NCBI GenBank assembly: GCA_004431415.1
Contig: QPMI01000496.1
Coordinates: 611,463 to 675,462 of the forward strand
Origin: Cyanophora paradoxa CCMP329
Lineage: Eukaryota > Plantae > Glaucophyta
Direction: 5' to 3'
DNA length: 64,000 bases
This document shows, piece after piece, positions 26,801-40,711 of the stretch (within the stretch, counting starts at the first letter, position 1; the number at the start of each line of letters is the position of its first letter). The translations under genes were made by a program, and so were the position numbers. The notes below the pieces were generated by a model. It ran no database searches. It saw only the letters and a program-made list of their open reading frames with translations, and was not told the origin of the DNA.

Positions 26801-27636
26801 AGAGATTCCAATTTTAGCCATTGATGATTGCTTGCGCATGCGTGCAGCGAACTGACAGTGACTACAACAAGCGCTTGAACGACTTCAAGCTGATCGTCTA
26901 CAAGGACGGGGTCCAGGTATGCATGCATATGCATGCGCAGCCCGCGGCTGCTCGCGATCGTCGAAGCTGCGGCCGCGCGCGCGCCCGGCGAGCCAACGTC
27001 GCGGGAACAGGTCCATGACTCCGGCCTTATCAAGCCGAACTTCGCGTCGGACGCGCTCAACGGAGCCAAGGCCAACGGGTTCTGGTCGAACGGGGCCTAC
27101 AAGAACCTCTTCAAGAGCGCAGCTTGCTATTCTCCTTGCAATTGCCCTCAATTAATGGCCTCTAACTTTCTGCGCAGGTACAGCATTCCCAACGGCGTTG
27201 AAGGTGCTTAGCTGCCCAGTTTGTCTGCCCTGTGAGAATCTGCTCTGAATTGCACGATTAGGCGACAAGGTTAAGATTATCAAACCGAACGGTGGAATCC
27301 TCGGCTTCGGCGAGCTCGAGGTTCTGGGTGCGTCCTCTCCTGTCTGCCTTGTCTCTTCGGCGCCGAACGCGAGCGCCAGGCACGTACGAGAAGGCTTCAA
27401 CCTCTGGCCGGCTCGACACGGCGGACCAGCTCCTGGATCTTCAGGTGCGCTGGGATCGATATCGACTGCCGGCTGGAGCTTGGCCGACCGGAGCGCAGGG
27501 AGACGAGGCGGGCCTCGAGCTCGAGGCCGCGATCGACGAGTTCGAGGAGGCCGAAGGGGCCGAGCCGTGGCAGGACCTGGCCGTGGAGGCGTGCACGTGC
27601 TCGTGCCCGGATGCCCTTCCAGGCCTCGATGCCTGA
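23899..27636 (+). CDS. Protein with three tandem F-type lectin (FTP)/F5-8 type C discoidin-like domains (many short exons; 5' end uncertain)
   Basis: Repeat 1: SVAVDNT...ASWTVNLKGEFFVDNVQIYS...LKLVEVKVN. Repeat 2: NLALGKPVT...VLTDG...PWASVNLE...ISKVAIHR...MTELRVFG. Repeat 3: NLSYGKPATSSS...NAVDG...TFHSSTSDSAPWVEVDLQ|RDSLISEIDIYN|RTDSDYNKRLNDFKLIV...LGFGELEVLG. An acidic tail ends PGLDA*. Confidence 0.82.
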
Positions 27637-28099
27637 GGCTCTCCAGGCCGCTTATAATAAGGTTCTCAAGCATCCACGCAGAGCGGCAACCTGTGCTTGG
27701 ATGCAGCTCTCCAAGGCTCTTAAATGCAGCATGCAGCTGCAGAGGCCAGGAAAATCGCCGAAAGTTGCGGGCGCGAGGCCTTGGGGCAGCCCCTGGCACG
27801 GCGTCTAAGGCGGGGGCCCGGACTGCACGGCGGGAGATTTAGCCTAGTAGAGCTGCAGGCGGATGGCTAATGACGAGGCTTGAAGAGGGTCAGGAGGGGG
27901 TGGCCCCGGGTGGGCCGCGGGGCTGGATACGGGTGCGTGCACACGTGGGTAGAGGGAAGCTGATCATGAAGGGGAGGGCCCGGGGGAAGTGGGGGCAGGG
28001 GATGGAGGCTGTACATATGCATGTTCCGCGCGTGTAACCTGCACCCAAAACTGATCGATCCTGATCTATGGTATCCTAGATCCTCATGTATAAGGACCA

Positions 28100-28665
28100 G
28101 GGCAGGCCGGGGCGGGGCGGGGCGGGGCGGGTGGGGCGGGGCGGGCGGGGCGGGCGGGGCGGTCGGGCGGGGCGGGGCGGGGCAGCCGCGGGGCGGGGCG
28201 GGGCGGGGCAGCCGCGGGGCGGGGCGGGGCGGGGCGGGCGGGGCGGGGCGGGGCGGGGCGGGGCGGGGCGGCCGGGGGGCGGGGCGGGGCGGGCGGGACG
28301 GGGCGGGGCGGCCGGGGGCGGAGGGGGGGGGCGGGGGGGGGGGGGGGGGCGGGGGCGGGCGGGGCGGGGCGGGGCAGCCGCGGGGCGGGGCGGGGCGGGG
28401 CGGGGCGGGGCGGGGCGGGGGCGGGGCGGGGCGGGCGGGGCGGGGCGGGGCGGGGCGGGCGGCCGGGCCGGGGCGGGGCGGGGCGGGGCGGGGCGGTCGG
28501 GGCGGGCGGCCGGGGGCGGGCGGGACGGGACGGGCGGGGCGGGGCGGGCGGGGCAGCCGCGGGGCGGGGCGGGGCGGAGCAGCCGCGGGCGGGGCGGGGC
28601 GGGGCGGGGCGGTCGGGGCGGGGCGGGGAGGGGCAGCCGGGGCGGGGCGGGGCGGGGTGGGGCAG
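28100..28665 (+). repeat. Long degenerate (GGGGC)n simple repeat with G-quadruplex potential
   Basis: About 560 bp of GGGGC/GGGC units. Shorter arrays of the same unit occur in many introns. Confidence 0.92.
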
Positions 28666-28797
28666 AGACTCACAGACCTTGCTTGCAGCTGCGAACTTGG
28701 CCTCTGCGACCACTAGTACTGCCGAAGCACCCCAGCTTGCGACTTCTGCGCTCGATCGAGTCAGCTCCATTGCATAAAAGAAATATATAAATATATA

Positions 28798-29619
28798 CGG
28801 CGGCTAGAAGTGGCACCAGCCGCGGCGGCACCTGAGGGCCGTCGCCAGGGCTGCAGCCCCGGCCCGCCGTCTAGCTCAAGAGGGCGTCACTTGGCGTCAA
28901 GCTTTAGAGGGGAGGGGGAAGGCGCTGAAGGGCGGGCGGGCGCGTACCAAGCGAGAGAATTTCGAAGGGCCGGCGCCGCGCCCCGGCCGCCCCCGCCGCG
29001 AAGGCGCCGCGATTCGGGTCGCCTGCGCTCGCCTCGTCGCGCGGGGCGCAGCGCTGAAGGGCGAGCGGGCGCGTACCGAGCGAGAGAAGGACCGCCGCTG
29101 CGCCCCGGCCGCCCCCGCCGCGAAGGCGCCGCGATATCGATTCAGGTAGCGGTCGCCTGCGCTCGCCTCGTCGCGCGGGGCGCGGCGCAGAAGGGCGCCG
29201 GCGGGCAGGCGCGTGCGAAGCGAAAGAAGGGCCGGCGCCGGCGCCGCGCCCCGGCGCAGCTGCATGCAGCTCAGCGGCCGGGCGCCGCCGGGCCAGCGCC
29301 GGCCGGCGCGCGTCGACGTCGCGCGCGCGCGGACTCCCGATCCGGTCCGGACCCGGGAGTCGCGGGCCGTCGGACCGGCGCCGGCCGCCGCGGCGCGGTA
29401 CGCGGTCGCGCGATCGACATCGCCCCCGGCGCGCGCATGCATGCATATGCGCATGCATATGCACTGCGGCAATGCGTGCGCAAGTGCTTGGGCAATGAAC
29501 GTTCTCCTTTTGAGGGGGGTATATCAAATTCGAAAAAAAACACGTGTTTCGGCCGCCTGGCGCTCGGAACGGAAGGCGGGCTGGCGCTCGGAGCGCGTGT
29601 GACGCACTTGGAGCCGTCG
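28798..29619. mobile_element. Possible Tc1/mariner-like non-autonomous element containing ~130-bp tandem units and dispersed repeat copy B
   Basis: Imperfect inverted ends TA|CGGCGGCTAGAAGTG and CACTTGGAGCCGTCG|CA. About 2.5 internal tandem units begin GCGCTGAAGGGCG (28922-29250). Confidence 0.35.
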
Positions 29620-29866
29620 CATTGCGTGCTCTGAGCTGGCATGCAGCGTCTGCCAGCGAGGATGGAGCGCGATGGAGTCGCCTCCGCTCTCCGCCGCGGC
29701 CGCCACCATTCGCTTCAAGCGCTCTTCCCGCCTTCTCGGAGCTCAGGCACTCTCAGCAGCTCATCCTCCATTGCCAGGACCGCCAACTTCGAGCAACTCA
29801 AAGCGCAACCATCCCAGCACCTCAAGCGGCGTCAGCATCACCTGCGATCGAAAGAGCTTCGCGTCA

Positions 29867-29959
29867 AGGAACGATCGAGGCGCCATATAGTTCGACGTCC
29901 AGCGCCGTGTGCATAGCGAGGAACGATCGAGGCGCCATATAGTTCGACGTCCAGCGCCG
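29867..29959 (+). repeat. 41-bp direct repeat (52-bp period) just upstream of subtilisin copy 2
   Basis: AGGAACGATCGAGGCGCCATATAGTTCGACGTCCAGCGCCG at 29867 and 29919. Confidence 0.9.
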
Positions 29960-29975
29960 CCTGCAGCTGGTGACG

Positions 29976-32791
<2,816 letters not shown>

Positions 32792-33595
32792 GGCATCTTT
32801 ACCACGTGCAGCGTGGCCATTTTTTATGCCTGTACAGTCCTTTCGATTTTTTATGTCCTTCGATCGATATTTTTTTCGTGTTCCTTTGCTTCAGATACTG
32901 GTACTTAAAAAACTTTTTAACTGATGCGCATACCTGAATTTTGTGATTCGTAAAGGTTCGACTATAAATACCGTAGTCAGTGATCATGGTCAGCAAATGC
33001 ATCATTTTCCAAGGAACTTTAATTTATCCAATGATGTTATATTAATACAAGGTATACGTACATGTACACTTGCAATGTGAATGCTTTGCCATAAGCTGCA
33101 TGCGCAGATGCTCCTGAAGTCCAGATCTACCAGTACTAGTCTACTCTTAATTATAAGTCTGCAGCTGGCCGCCTAGCTTCGAGCTCGAGTTACATCATGC
33201 ATATGGCATGGCCGGGCCGCCGGACCCATGGCCAGGCCGATCATGAACATGAGTGGCCGGGGCCCAGCCTGGGCCAGGGGGTTGCAGTCTTGCAGACCGA
33301 GTGATCATGACCGGCCCGGCGGGGCCCCGGCCCGTCACACACGGCGTGCATGAGTGCCGCGTGCAAGCGATCGCAGTTTGAATTTACAGGTATGTCCAGA
33401 GGAGAAAAAGTAGAAATACAAGATTCGTCATGAAAAGAACTACGGTACACGACTAAGTTACAAGGGCTTTGAAAACGCTGGGTCACAAACGCTGAACACT
33501 GCACAATTGATAGTGTACAGAGCGCTGCTCGGCTATTTACATAAATCGAAGCAGCCTCGCGCTAAGTTGATGCAGAGGAATGGGAGAGCGCAAAA

Positions 33596-34286
33596 TCAGA
33601 GCCATCCCGCGACGGCACCAGCCCCGTGGCACGTCTGGCAACGCTCCTGCGATCGACTCGAGCGTTCAGGCGGCGCCCGCCGCCCGGCGACCGCTGCGCA
33701 GAGCACCGCACCTCCCCGTTCCCCTTGCAGATTGTGCACCTGCTCCCGCCCGTTATGGAACAGACCATCCGGTCGCCTGGAACGGGAAGGTCAGCGCGGG
33801 AACTGGTCCGAGCAAGCACAGACTGACCAAGGCTCAAAGCGCCGGACCCGTGGCACCAGCGGCATTCGATCATTCCGGATCCCTCGCATGCAGCGCACCG
33901 CCGCGGCTCCTGCGGGAAGGCCATAAGAAGCTCGGACGGCCAGAACGAGGGGTCAGAACGCACCGAGCTTTCCATCCACGCACGCTGCGGGGATCGTCCG
34001 ATCAGCCACGAATACAAGTGCCAGAAACACGCCCACTGCCTCAAGAGCGGACCTCCAGGTGGTTCCGGCGCAGCATGTTGAGCCGAGCCCGCAATGCGTC
34101 GCTCGAATTGCGGCTCTCGGCATCTCCGCGGCTCTCAGAATTGGCCGGAGGCACCGCCGCGGCTTTCATCATCCAGGACGGCGTGAGCTGGGAGCGGCGG
34201 GAGAAGAAGGAGGGGCCCGGCCGGCGGTACTCAGAACGGCTCTTGGGCGCCGGCGGCGGAGGGGCCAGGATGGCTGACGACCACAT
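33596..34286 (-). CDS. DnaJ-type zinc-finger protein without a J domain (Tsip1/DNAJE1-like), probably plastid-targeted
   Basis: Four CxxCxGxG motifs: CAACEGSG, CRWCHGSG, CTICKGNG, CQTCHGAG. The LGDRMVC spacer and AGWL* end resemble plant Tsip1-like proteins. The N-terminus is S/R/P-rich; an alternative start lies near 34170. Confidence 0.82.
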
Positions 34287-34339
34287 TGGGTGCAGGCAGA
34301 GTTGGCGCCTCAAAAAAGGCCGCTTAAAAAGACCAGCTG

Positions 34340-34686
34340 ATGGGGTACACTGCTCGCTCATTCCGGTACCCACTCCGAAGCAAGGTCCGAAGCGCCTCCT
34401 TCCCACGCCGGCGCTCAGGCGCGCCTCTGATTGTACGGGACCGTCAGGATGTCGTTCGTGCTCATCCGCGAGATTGTCATCGGCCTCGGCCTTGCCTCCA
34501 TTGGCGGTGGCATGTGGAAGCAGTGGCACGAGGACTGCAAGGCCAAGGATGCCGAGTTCTACCGCCAGTATCGCGCGGGCAAGCGCCCGGTGCTCGTTAA
34601 GTGGTGCGCCCTGAGCCGCGGTGGCGTGACGCGGGCCGCCTTCGTCATCGCGCCTCTGCTGGCCGCCTTGCTGATTCTTTTGCAGA
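34340..34686 (+). CDS. COX5C: Cytochrome c oxidase subunit 5c-like (plant type), about 60 aa
   Basis: Spliced product MGYTARSFR|MSFVLIREIVIGLGLASIGGGMWKQWHEDCKAKDAEFYRQYRAGKRPVLVK*. It matches the plant COX5c pattern VVKEIxIGxxLGxxxGGxWKxxH...FY. Confidence 0.72.
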
Positions 34687-35186
34687 GCGTCTCTCTCAGA
34701 CATCGAACGGTGTCCCGGCGATGTCCGAGGAGTCCGAGCGCCTTTCTGGAGTCAGTTGCGCCGCTCGTGGCCGCTCCTTCAAGAGTAGCCCCGCGCTTTC
34801 ATCGTAATCATCTTGCACAGTGTTGTCACATAATATTAGTCCTATCTTTACCTCGGACCGCCGCCGCTATCGCGGTCAAGGCTGTGCTTCGGTGACCCCG
34901 CCAACACGCCGCGGCACCAGCGCCCAGCGCGGCCGACCGCTTCTTTTCCAGCTTCGATCTCCGCCTGTGTGCGTTCTAGACGTGGAGCATGGGGATGAGG
35001 CAGGCCGGCAGAAAGTGCTTTCCCACAGACGGACCGGTGCTCTCTTAGCTGGACGAGCACACGCGAGCTTCATTCTGCAGCATTCAAAAACAGGGAGGGG
35101 AGAAGGTGCTGGCTAGCACCAGGTAGAGTTGGTGTGATGGGGTGGGGCGGGAGGAGCGGGAGGAAAGCGGCGCGCCGGCGCCGGGG

Positions 35187-36826
35187 CTATCGGGGCTTCT
35201 CGTCCGAAGGCTCGCCGTCGACGACGACGGACTCGAGAATGGCGCCCTTCTTCGGGGCGGCCGTCGAGTGCAGGCCGGCGGCCATGGCCGCCCCGCCGAC
35301 GCCGGTCGACAAGGCGCCCCCGCCTCCGTCGCCCTCCTTGGCCGACTCGGCCAGCCTCCTCGCCGTCGCCTGCTTCGCCTTCTCCGCGGCCTCGTGCCGG
35401 AGCAGGCCGTACCTTCGGGGCGCGGGGTGAGCCGCGGAGGCCAAGGCTCGGGAGGCGGGGCGGGGCGGGTCGGACCAGATGACGCCGGCGAGGGCAATGA
35501 AGCAGCCGAAGGCGTTGAGCGGGCCGATCTCGTTGCGGAAGACGACGACGGAGAGGATGATGGCGATCACGGACTTGAGGTTGCCCGAGACGTTGAAGGT
35601 GAGGGAGGAGGTGTTCTGCGAGGATACAACGGCGTGCGCTCGGAGGCGGAAAGGAGAGGGGAAGAAGAAGAAGGAGAAGAAGGGGGCGGGCGGACCTGGA
35701 TTGCGAGGAAGGTGGACCAGTTGAGGAGGAATGCGAGCGCCCCCGAGATGAAGAGGACGAGGACGAGCCCCTTCTACGCGGGTCAGGGGCGGCACCGCGG
35801 CGGCGGGCGGGCGGGCGTGGAGAATGGACCTCCGTGCGGAAGATGCCGCGGGCGATGATCTCGCCGCCCTCGACGAACGCGGCGGCGGGCGCGAGGATGA
35901 GGAAGGACATGGGCGCCATGTAGTAGAGAAGATTGATCGGGTCCATCGAGCGGTTCATCATCTGCGATCAAATTCGGGTTCGAACGGGCCACCAAGGCCG
36001 CGCGTGCAGGCGGGGGAGGACGCGGACTATGCTGGAGAGAACGGTCTGGAGGGCGGTGGTCCAGCATGCGGCCAGCGCGGAGAGGAAGCCGGGCCAGTTG
36101 AAGTTGGCCTCGGTGTAGGAGGCGAGCATGACGCCGCCCACGATGGGGATGAGGGACACGTAGACGCGCGTGTCGAACCTGACCTTCAGGAAGAAGACCT
36201 GGAGCAGGACCGTGCAGGCGGGGACGGCGGCCTGCGCGGCGCGCCGGCTGAGCGCATGTGGCGGGGCAGCCGTGCGGCGGAGCGGCACCTTCACTGTCTG
36301 CATGAAGCTAACGGGGACCCAGCGGATCGAGATGTTGCCGAGCACAATGTTCGCGCAAAAGATGAGAGAGAATGGGAAGAGCTTCGTCGAGATCTCAGTG
36401 GAGGAGATTTTCACGAGCGGCATACGCTTCAGAACCCTGCGCGACCGCGCGAACGGCCGGATATAAGCCCAGGCTTCGATCTCTGTGCCGGCGGGCGGCC
36501 CGGGCGCGGTGCGGCGGTAACCGCGAGCCGCGCTTCCCGCGCAGGCCCAGGAGGACGAACCTGATGAGCAGCGTTGAGCCACCGGCGCAGCACAGGAAGT
36601 GCACGGCTGTGAGGGTGAGCTGCGTCGCGTCGGGCGCAGGCGGGGACGTCAGCCAGGCCCGCGCGGGGGTTGGGCGGGAGGGCTGCTCGCTCCCGGGGCG
36701 CACCGGGTAGCTGAACTCGATCATCTGGAAGATCCATTTGTTGAGGATCACAGTCGCCACGTTCACAACGTACCACAGGGCCAGCGACACGAAGGCCCGA
36801 ACGTAGGCGGGGTCCAGGCCCGCCAT
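35187..36826 (-). CDS. Nucleotide-sugar transporter of the TPT family (UDP-galactose transporter/GONST5-like)
   Basis: WYVVNVATVILNKWIFQMIEFSYP, IFCANIVLGNISIRWVPVSFMQTVK, SLIPIVGGVMLASYTEANFNWPGF, NLLYYMAP, TSSLTFNVSGNLKSVIAI. Confidence 0.93.
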
Positions 36827-37017
36827 GGTGCCGGCTCGTCGGCGCGCAGGCGCTTAGCCGACGAGCGCCGGGCTCTGTGGCGCGCTGGCGCTCTTTCGCT
36901 CGGCCCGACGGGTACGATAACCTTTCGTCTTCAGCTGCAACTTCGAGCACGGGCTCGGCCGCTGCGGGACTCAGCGGGAGTGCCGTGCGCCACAGCCAGC
37001 GCGGCCGTAGTCGCCGC

Positions 37018-40000
37018 ATGTCGACGGCGTCGAACGTCGTTCGAGCCCGAGGCACCGCCGCCGAACGCGCCGTCCGCCAGCCGCTGTCGGTACACATGGA
37101 GGTCGACGGTTCGCTGTGCTTCCTGGCCGCCCCGGCGCGCCGCGGCTCGCCGGCAGTCCGCCGCCGCGGCCGTCTCCCGAAGCTGAGAGCGCCGCGAGCA
37201 GGGGGCGACCACGTTCCCATCCCGCACATGCGGCTGGACCACGTGCGAGAGCGGGACGAGGACGAGCTGCTCGACCTGGAGCGCGAGGACCGCGAGCCGC
37301 CCGGGCAGCTCCTGAAGACCGAGCTCCGCGGCGTCGTTCTCCTCGTCTTGCTCTGTGCGTATCGCTCCCCCGCGCCCGACTCGCAGGGCCCGCGGCCAGC
37401 CGGCGCCGGCCCGGCCGCCTTCCGGTTCTGCCGCCGGCCAACCGCGCGCCTGCGCCCCCCAGACTGCCTGCAGGGCGTCCCGATGGGACTTGTCTTCGGC
37501 TCCCTTCCGTTCCTCCTTCAGCAAAAGGCGTCGTTCAGCCAGATCGGTGCGCCCTGCCCCAGCCCCCCCTCCCCTTCCCCTTCCCGACCCTCCCCCTCCC
37601 AGGCTTCTTCTCGTTCGCCACGTACCCCTACAGCGTCAAGGTTCGCCACGTACCCGCACAGCGCTGCCCGACGCTCTAACGTCAAATGCTCTCCCCGAAG
37701 CTGCTCTGGAGCCCCCTGGTGGACTCGCTTTACTTCAAGTCGCTGGGGCGCCGCAAGTCCTGGATCATACCCGCCCAGGCCCGCCTGTACCCCCGGGGCC
37801 CCGCCCGCGCGTTTTGATCCGCTCGAAGTTCTGATACCCGCCCCCCAACTCCAGTGCGTCGCCGGACTCTTCATGGTAACCCTCTCGTACAAGGTACCCC
37901 CCTGCCCCTTTTCAACTTCTCTCCTCGCCCTCCTGAGCGCACCCCGTACGCAGATCGACGAATTCGTCTCCGAGGCCCACCACAGTGCGGCCTTCCCCCC
38001 CTTGCCACGCGAGGGGCCCCGCTGAGTCCGATTGCAGTACCCACCCTGACCGCCTACTGCATCGCTCTGATCACCCTCATCGCCACCCAAGGCGCCGCCG
38101 CCCCGCGCCCCGCAGCCCAGCGCTTCTGTCTAACCGCACCCCCGCCGCGCAGACATCGCCGTCGATGGTACCCCGGAAATCCTCCTGCCCCGCCCAACTC
38201 CCTTCCCCGTATCCGCTGAGCCGCCCCAGGCTGGGCCCTCACCCTGCTCTCGAGGAGGAACGTGGCCTACGCGAGCACATGCCAGGTGATCCCCCGTACC
38301 CCCGAAAAGCAATTGCCGTACTCCCCGCCAACCCGAGGTTCTGCGCCCCGCAGACGACCGGCTTGAACATCGGGTGCTCCCCCGCCCTTCCCGTCGCGGG
38401 GGTACCCTTCGCCTTTCATAACGCGCGCGTACCCCCCTCCAGCTACTTCCTCTCGTTCACCATTTTCCTCGCCCTCAACTCGCCCGACTTTGCGAACCGC
38501 TTCCTCCGATCCTCCCCCTCCCCGCAGGGCCCGCCCCGCCGTACCCCCTTTCTATCCCAACTTTTCACTGACCCTCTTTCGCCCCAGGGGCCCTTCAGCT
38601 CTCCGAATACCTCCGCTTCTGGGGTACGTGCTCTCAGACCTCGCGATCATCCGACCGCCCGGCCCTGTTATTCGGCGTACCCCCCCCTCCCCCTCGCAGG
38701 CTGGATGTACCTTGTCTTCTCGGCCGCGCTGCTTTTCTTCCGGGAGGCGGCCCCGGGGCGCGCCGCGCGCTCGGGCGCGGCCCGCGCCCACCGCTCCCCC
38801 TCACCTGAGGGCGAGGAGGACTCCGGGCGGGGGGGTCCCGGAAAGGAGATGGACGCGCCCCTCCTGGCCCAGCATGCCGAGGCCGAGGAGGCGGTACCCC
38901 CCGTCGGCGTCGTTTACAAGCAGATGCTGAGCATCGTGCGGCTCCCGAGTGCGTACCCCCCGCTTCGCGGCGACCCCGTGTCGTTGACGCTTCTTGCCGC
39001 CGCTGACCGCGCCGCGCCGACAGACATGCGCACCCTCATCGGCCTCCTCCTAGTGCATATATTCCCCCTTGGGCCGCCCCGCCATCCGCCCCCCCCCCCC
39101 TTATCATACCCCCCCAGACGTGCAAACTCGCTTTTGCTGCCGCGGTACCCCCCCGTTCCTAAGTCCCGCCCCGCCGCGGTTCACGCGTTCGGCGCGCAGG
39201 ACGCGGCTACCGCTCTCAAGCTTCTGGATAGGGGGGTACGCCTTTTCGCGCCCTCCTCCGCAGTCGCCGTACCCGCACCCCCATCGAGCGCTTTTTCGCC
39301 GCAGTTCCGACGGGAGGACATGGCTCTCCTCGTCCTCGGTACCCATGACCCTTTTTTCCCTGCGATTCGACGTCCGAGACGACGACGGTACCCCCGCAGT
39401 GGAATTTCCCTTCGAAATTATCTTCGCTGTGATGGCCGGCCGCTGGTCCAGCGGCTCCGACCCCCTCCGCCCCGTGCGCCGAACCACCGTACCCCCTGCC
39501 TCCTGTCTAACCTGTACCCCTTAGTGGCTGAACGGGTACCGCGCGCGGCTCTTGCTGTGCCCGCTGGGGGCCCTGCTCGTGTACGCGATGCCGCGGCCGG
39601 TGGCCCCCGGGGCGGGCCTACCCCTCTCCTTTTACGCCATCGTAATGGCGTACTCCCTCATCGTGTCCCTCGCCTCGACCGCCATGTTCGTCTCCATGGT
39701 GCCGTACCCCCCTTCCCTTCCCCCCCTCCCCTCCCCGCTTCTTTCTTCTCTTCTGAACTCCTCTCCCAGTGCGCTTACTTCAGCCGCATCTCCGACACGG
39801 CCGTCGGGGGTACCGTGCGCCCTTTCAATTCGCTTCCTTGTGTACCCCCGCTCTGATTTGCTACCCCCTCTGCAGTACATGACGCTGCTGAACACGCTCT
39901 CCAACCTCGGCGGCACGGTGAGCCGTTCGAGAGAGAAAAACTCTGCGCGCCCCGGCGACTCGTGCGAATCCGTACCTCCCGCAGTGGCCCAAGGCGATCG

Positions 40001-40543
40001 TTCTCTTCCTCATCGATTACTTCACGACCGCATCGTGCCGCAAGGGTACGCGATTCAAAGCAAGAACCGCCCTGGCTGGCTCGGCCCGGCCCAATCTGGG
40101 CGGCGCCAGGCTCGGAGGCGGTTCTGCTCCCAGCGGGACAGGTCTGCACCAGCGGCGACGGCAAGGACGCATGCTCCAAGGCGCCTTCCTGCCACTACCC
40201 CGCTCCATACTCTTTGCCTGTACCCCCTTACTGGCCCCTTATCGCTCAGGCCGGCGGCTCCTGCGACGTGGGACGGGACGGGTACTTCGTCATGATCGTC
40301 GTCTGCCTCGTCCTGGTTCGTGTACCCCCCCCCAGCCCGCCGCTGTACTCCCCGTGCCCGCCCGACGGCCGCCGGCTGCAGGGGACGGCGATCCTGCGGT
40401 GGCTCACGCGCACCGTCAAGTACCTCCACACGGTACCCCCCCGCGCTATCCCTCCGCCGAAGCTAAGCTCAGATCTGAGCGGGCGCGGGGCCGGACAGGT
40501 GCGGGAGAGCGACTGGAAGCTGAGGCGCGCGGGCGCCGCGTAG
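37018..40543 (+). CDS. SLC33A1: ER acetyl-CoA transporter 1 (Acatn/SLC33A1 family, MFS)
   Basis: LQGVPMGLVFGSLPFLL, YPYSVKLLWSPLVDSLY...GRRKSWIIP, ATQDIAVDGWALTLL, YASTCQTTGLNIGYFLSFTIFLALNS, ISDTAVGGTYMTLLNTLSNLGGTWPK, RDGYF. The start is either 37018 or 37096. Confidence 0.93.
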
Positions 40544-40711
40544 CGCTCGAGCTTTAGGCCCGCCGGGCCCTACCCCTGGCCTTCTCCGAGGCGCCCTATC
40601 CCTTCTCCGAGGCTCATTATTCGCGGTGTATTACTACCGATCGCATTATGTATTTTCAAAAGAACGATAAGACTTATGAAAAGTATGTCAGCTTGGGTCC
40701 CGTCTTCCTCT

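Larger units (their letters stand above)
22493..27847 (+). mobile_element. Putative Helitron-like element; 3' end at 23715 or, by read-through, at 27847 (which would enclose the lectin gene)
   Basis: The 5' end A|TCACTACCTACGG matches the end of the 18820-19197 element. Two candidate 3' ends share TTAGCCTAG|TAG (23707-23718 and 27839-27850). The second follows an imperfect hairpin CCCGGACTGCACGGCGGG and a 9-nt spacer. No Rep/helicase is visible. Confidence 0.35.

Noticed and set aside
28922-29959. CRISPR-like array in the ~130-bp and 41-bp repeats
   Set aside because: Only 2-3 degenerate units, no series of unique spacers, no cas genes, and a eukaryotic context.
34270-34340. Upstream ATG (MADDHIG) as the COX5c start
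   Set aside because: The obvious splice gives an immediate TGA, and the ATG overlaps the opposite-strand gene.
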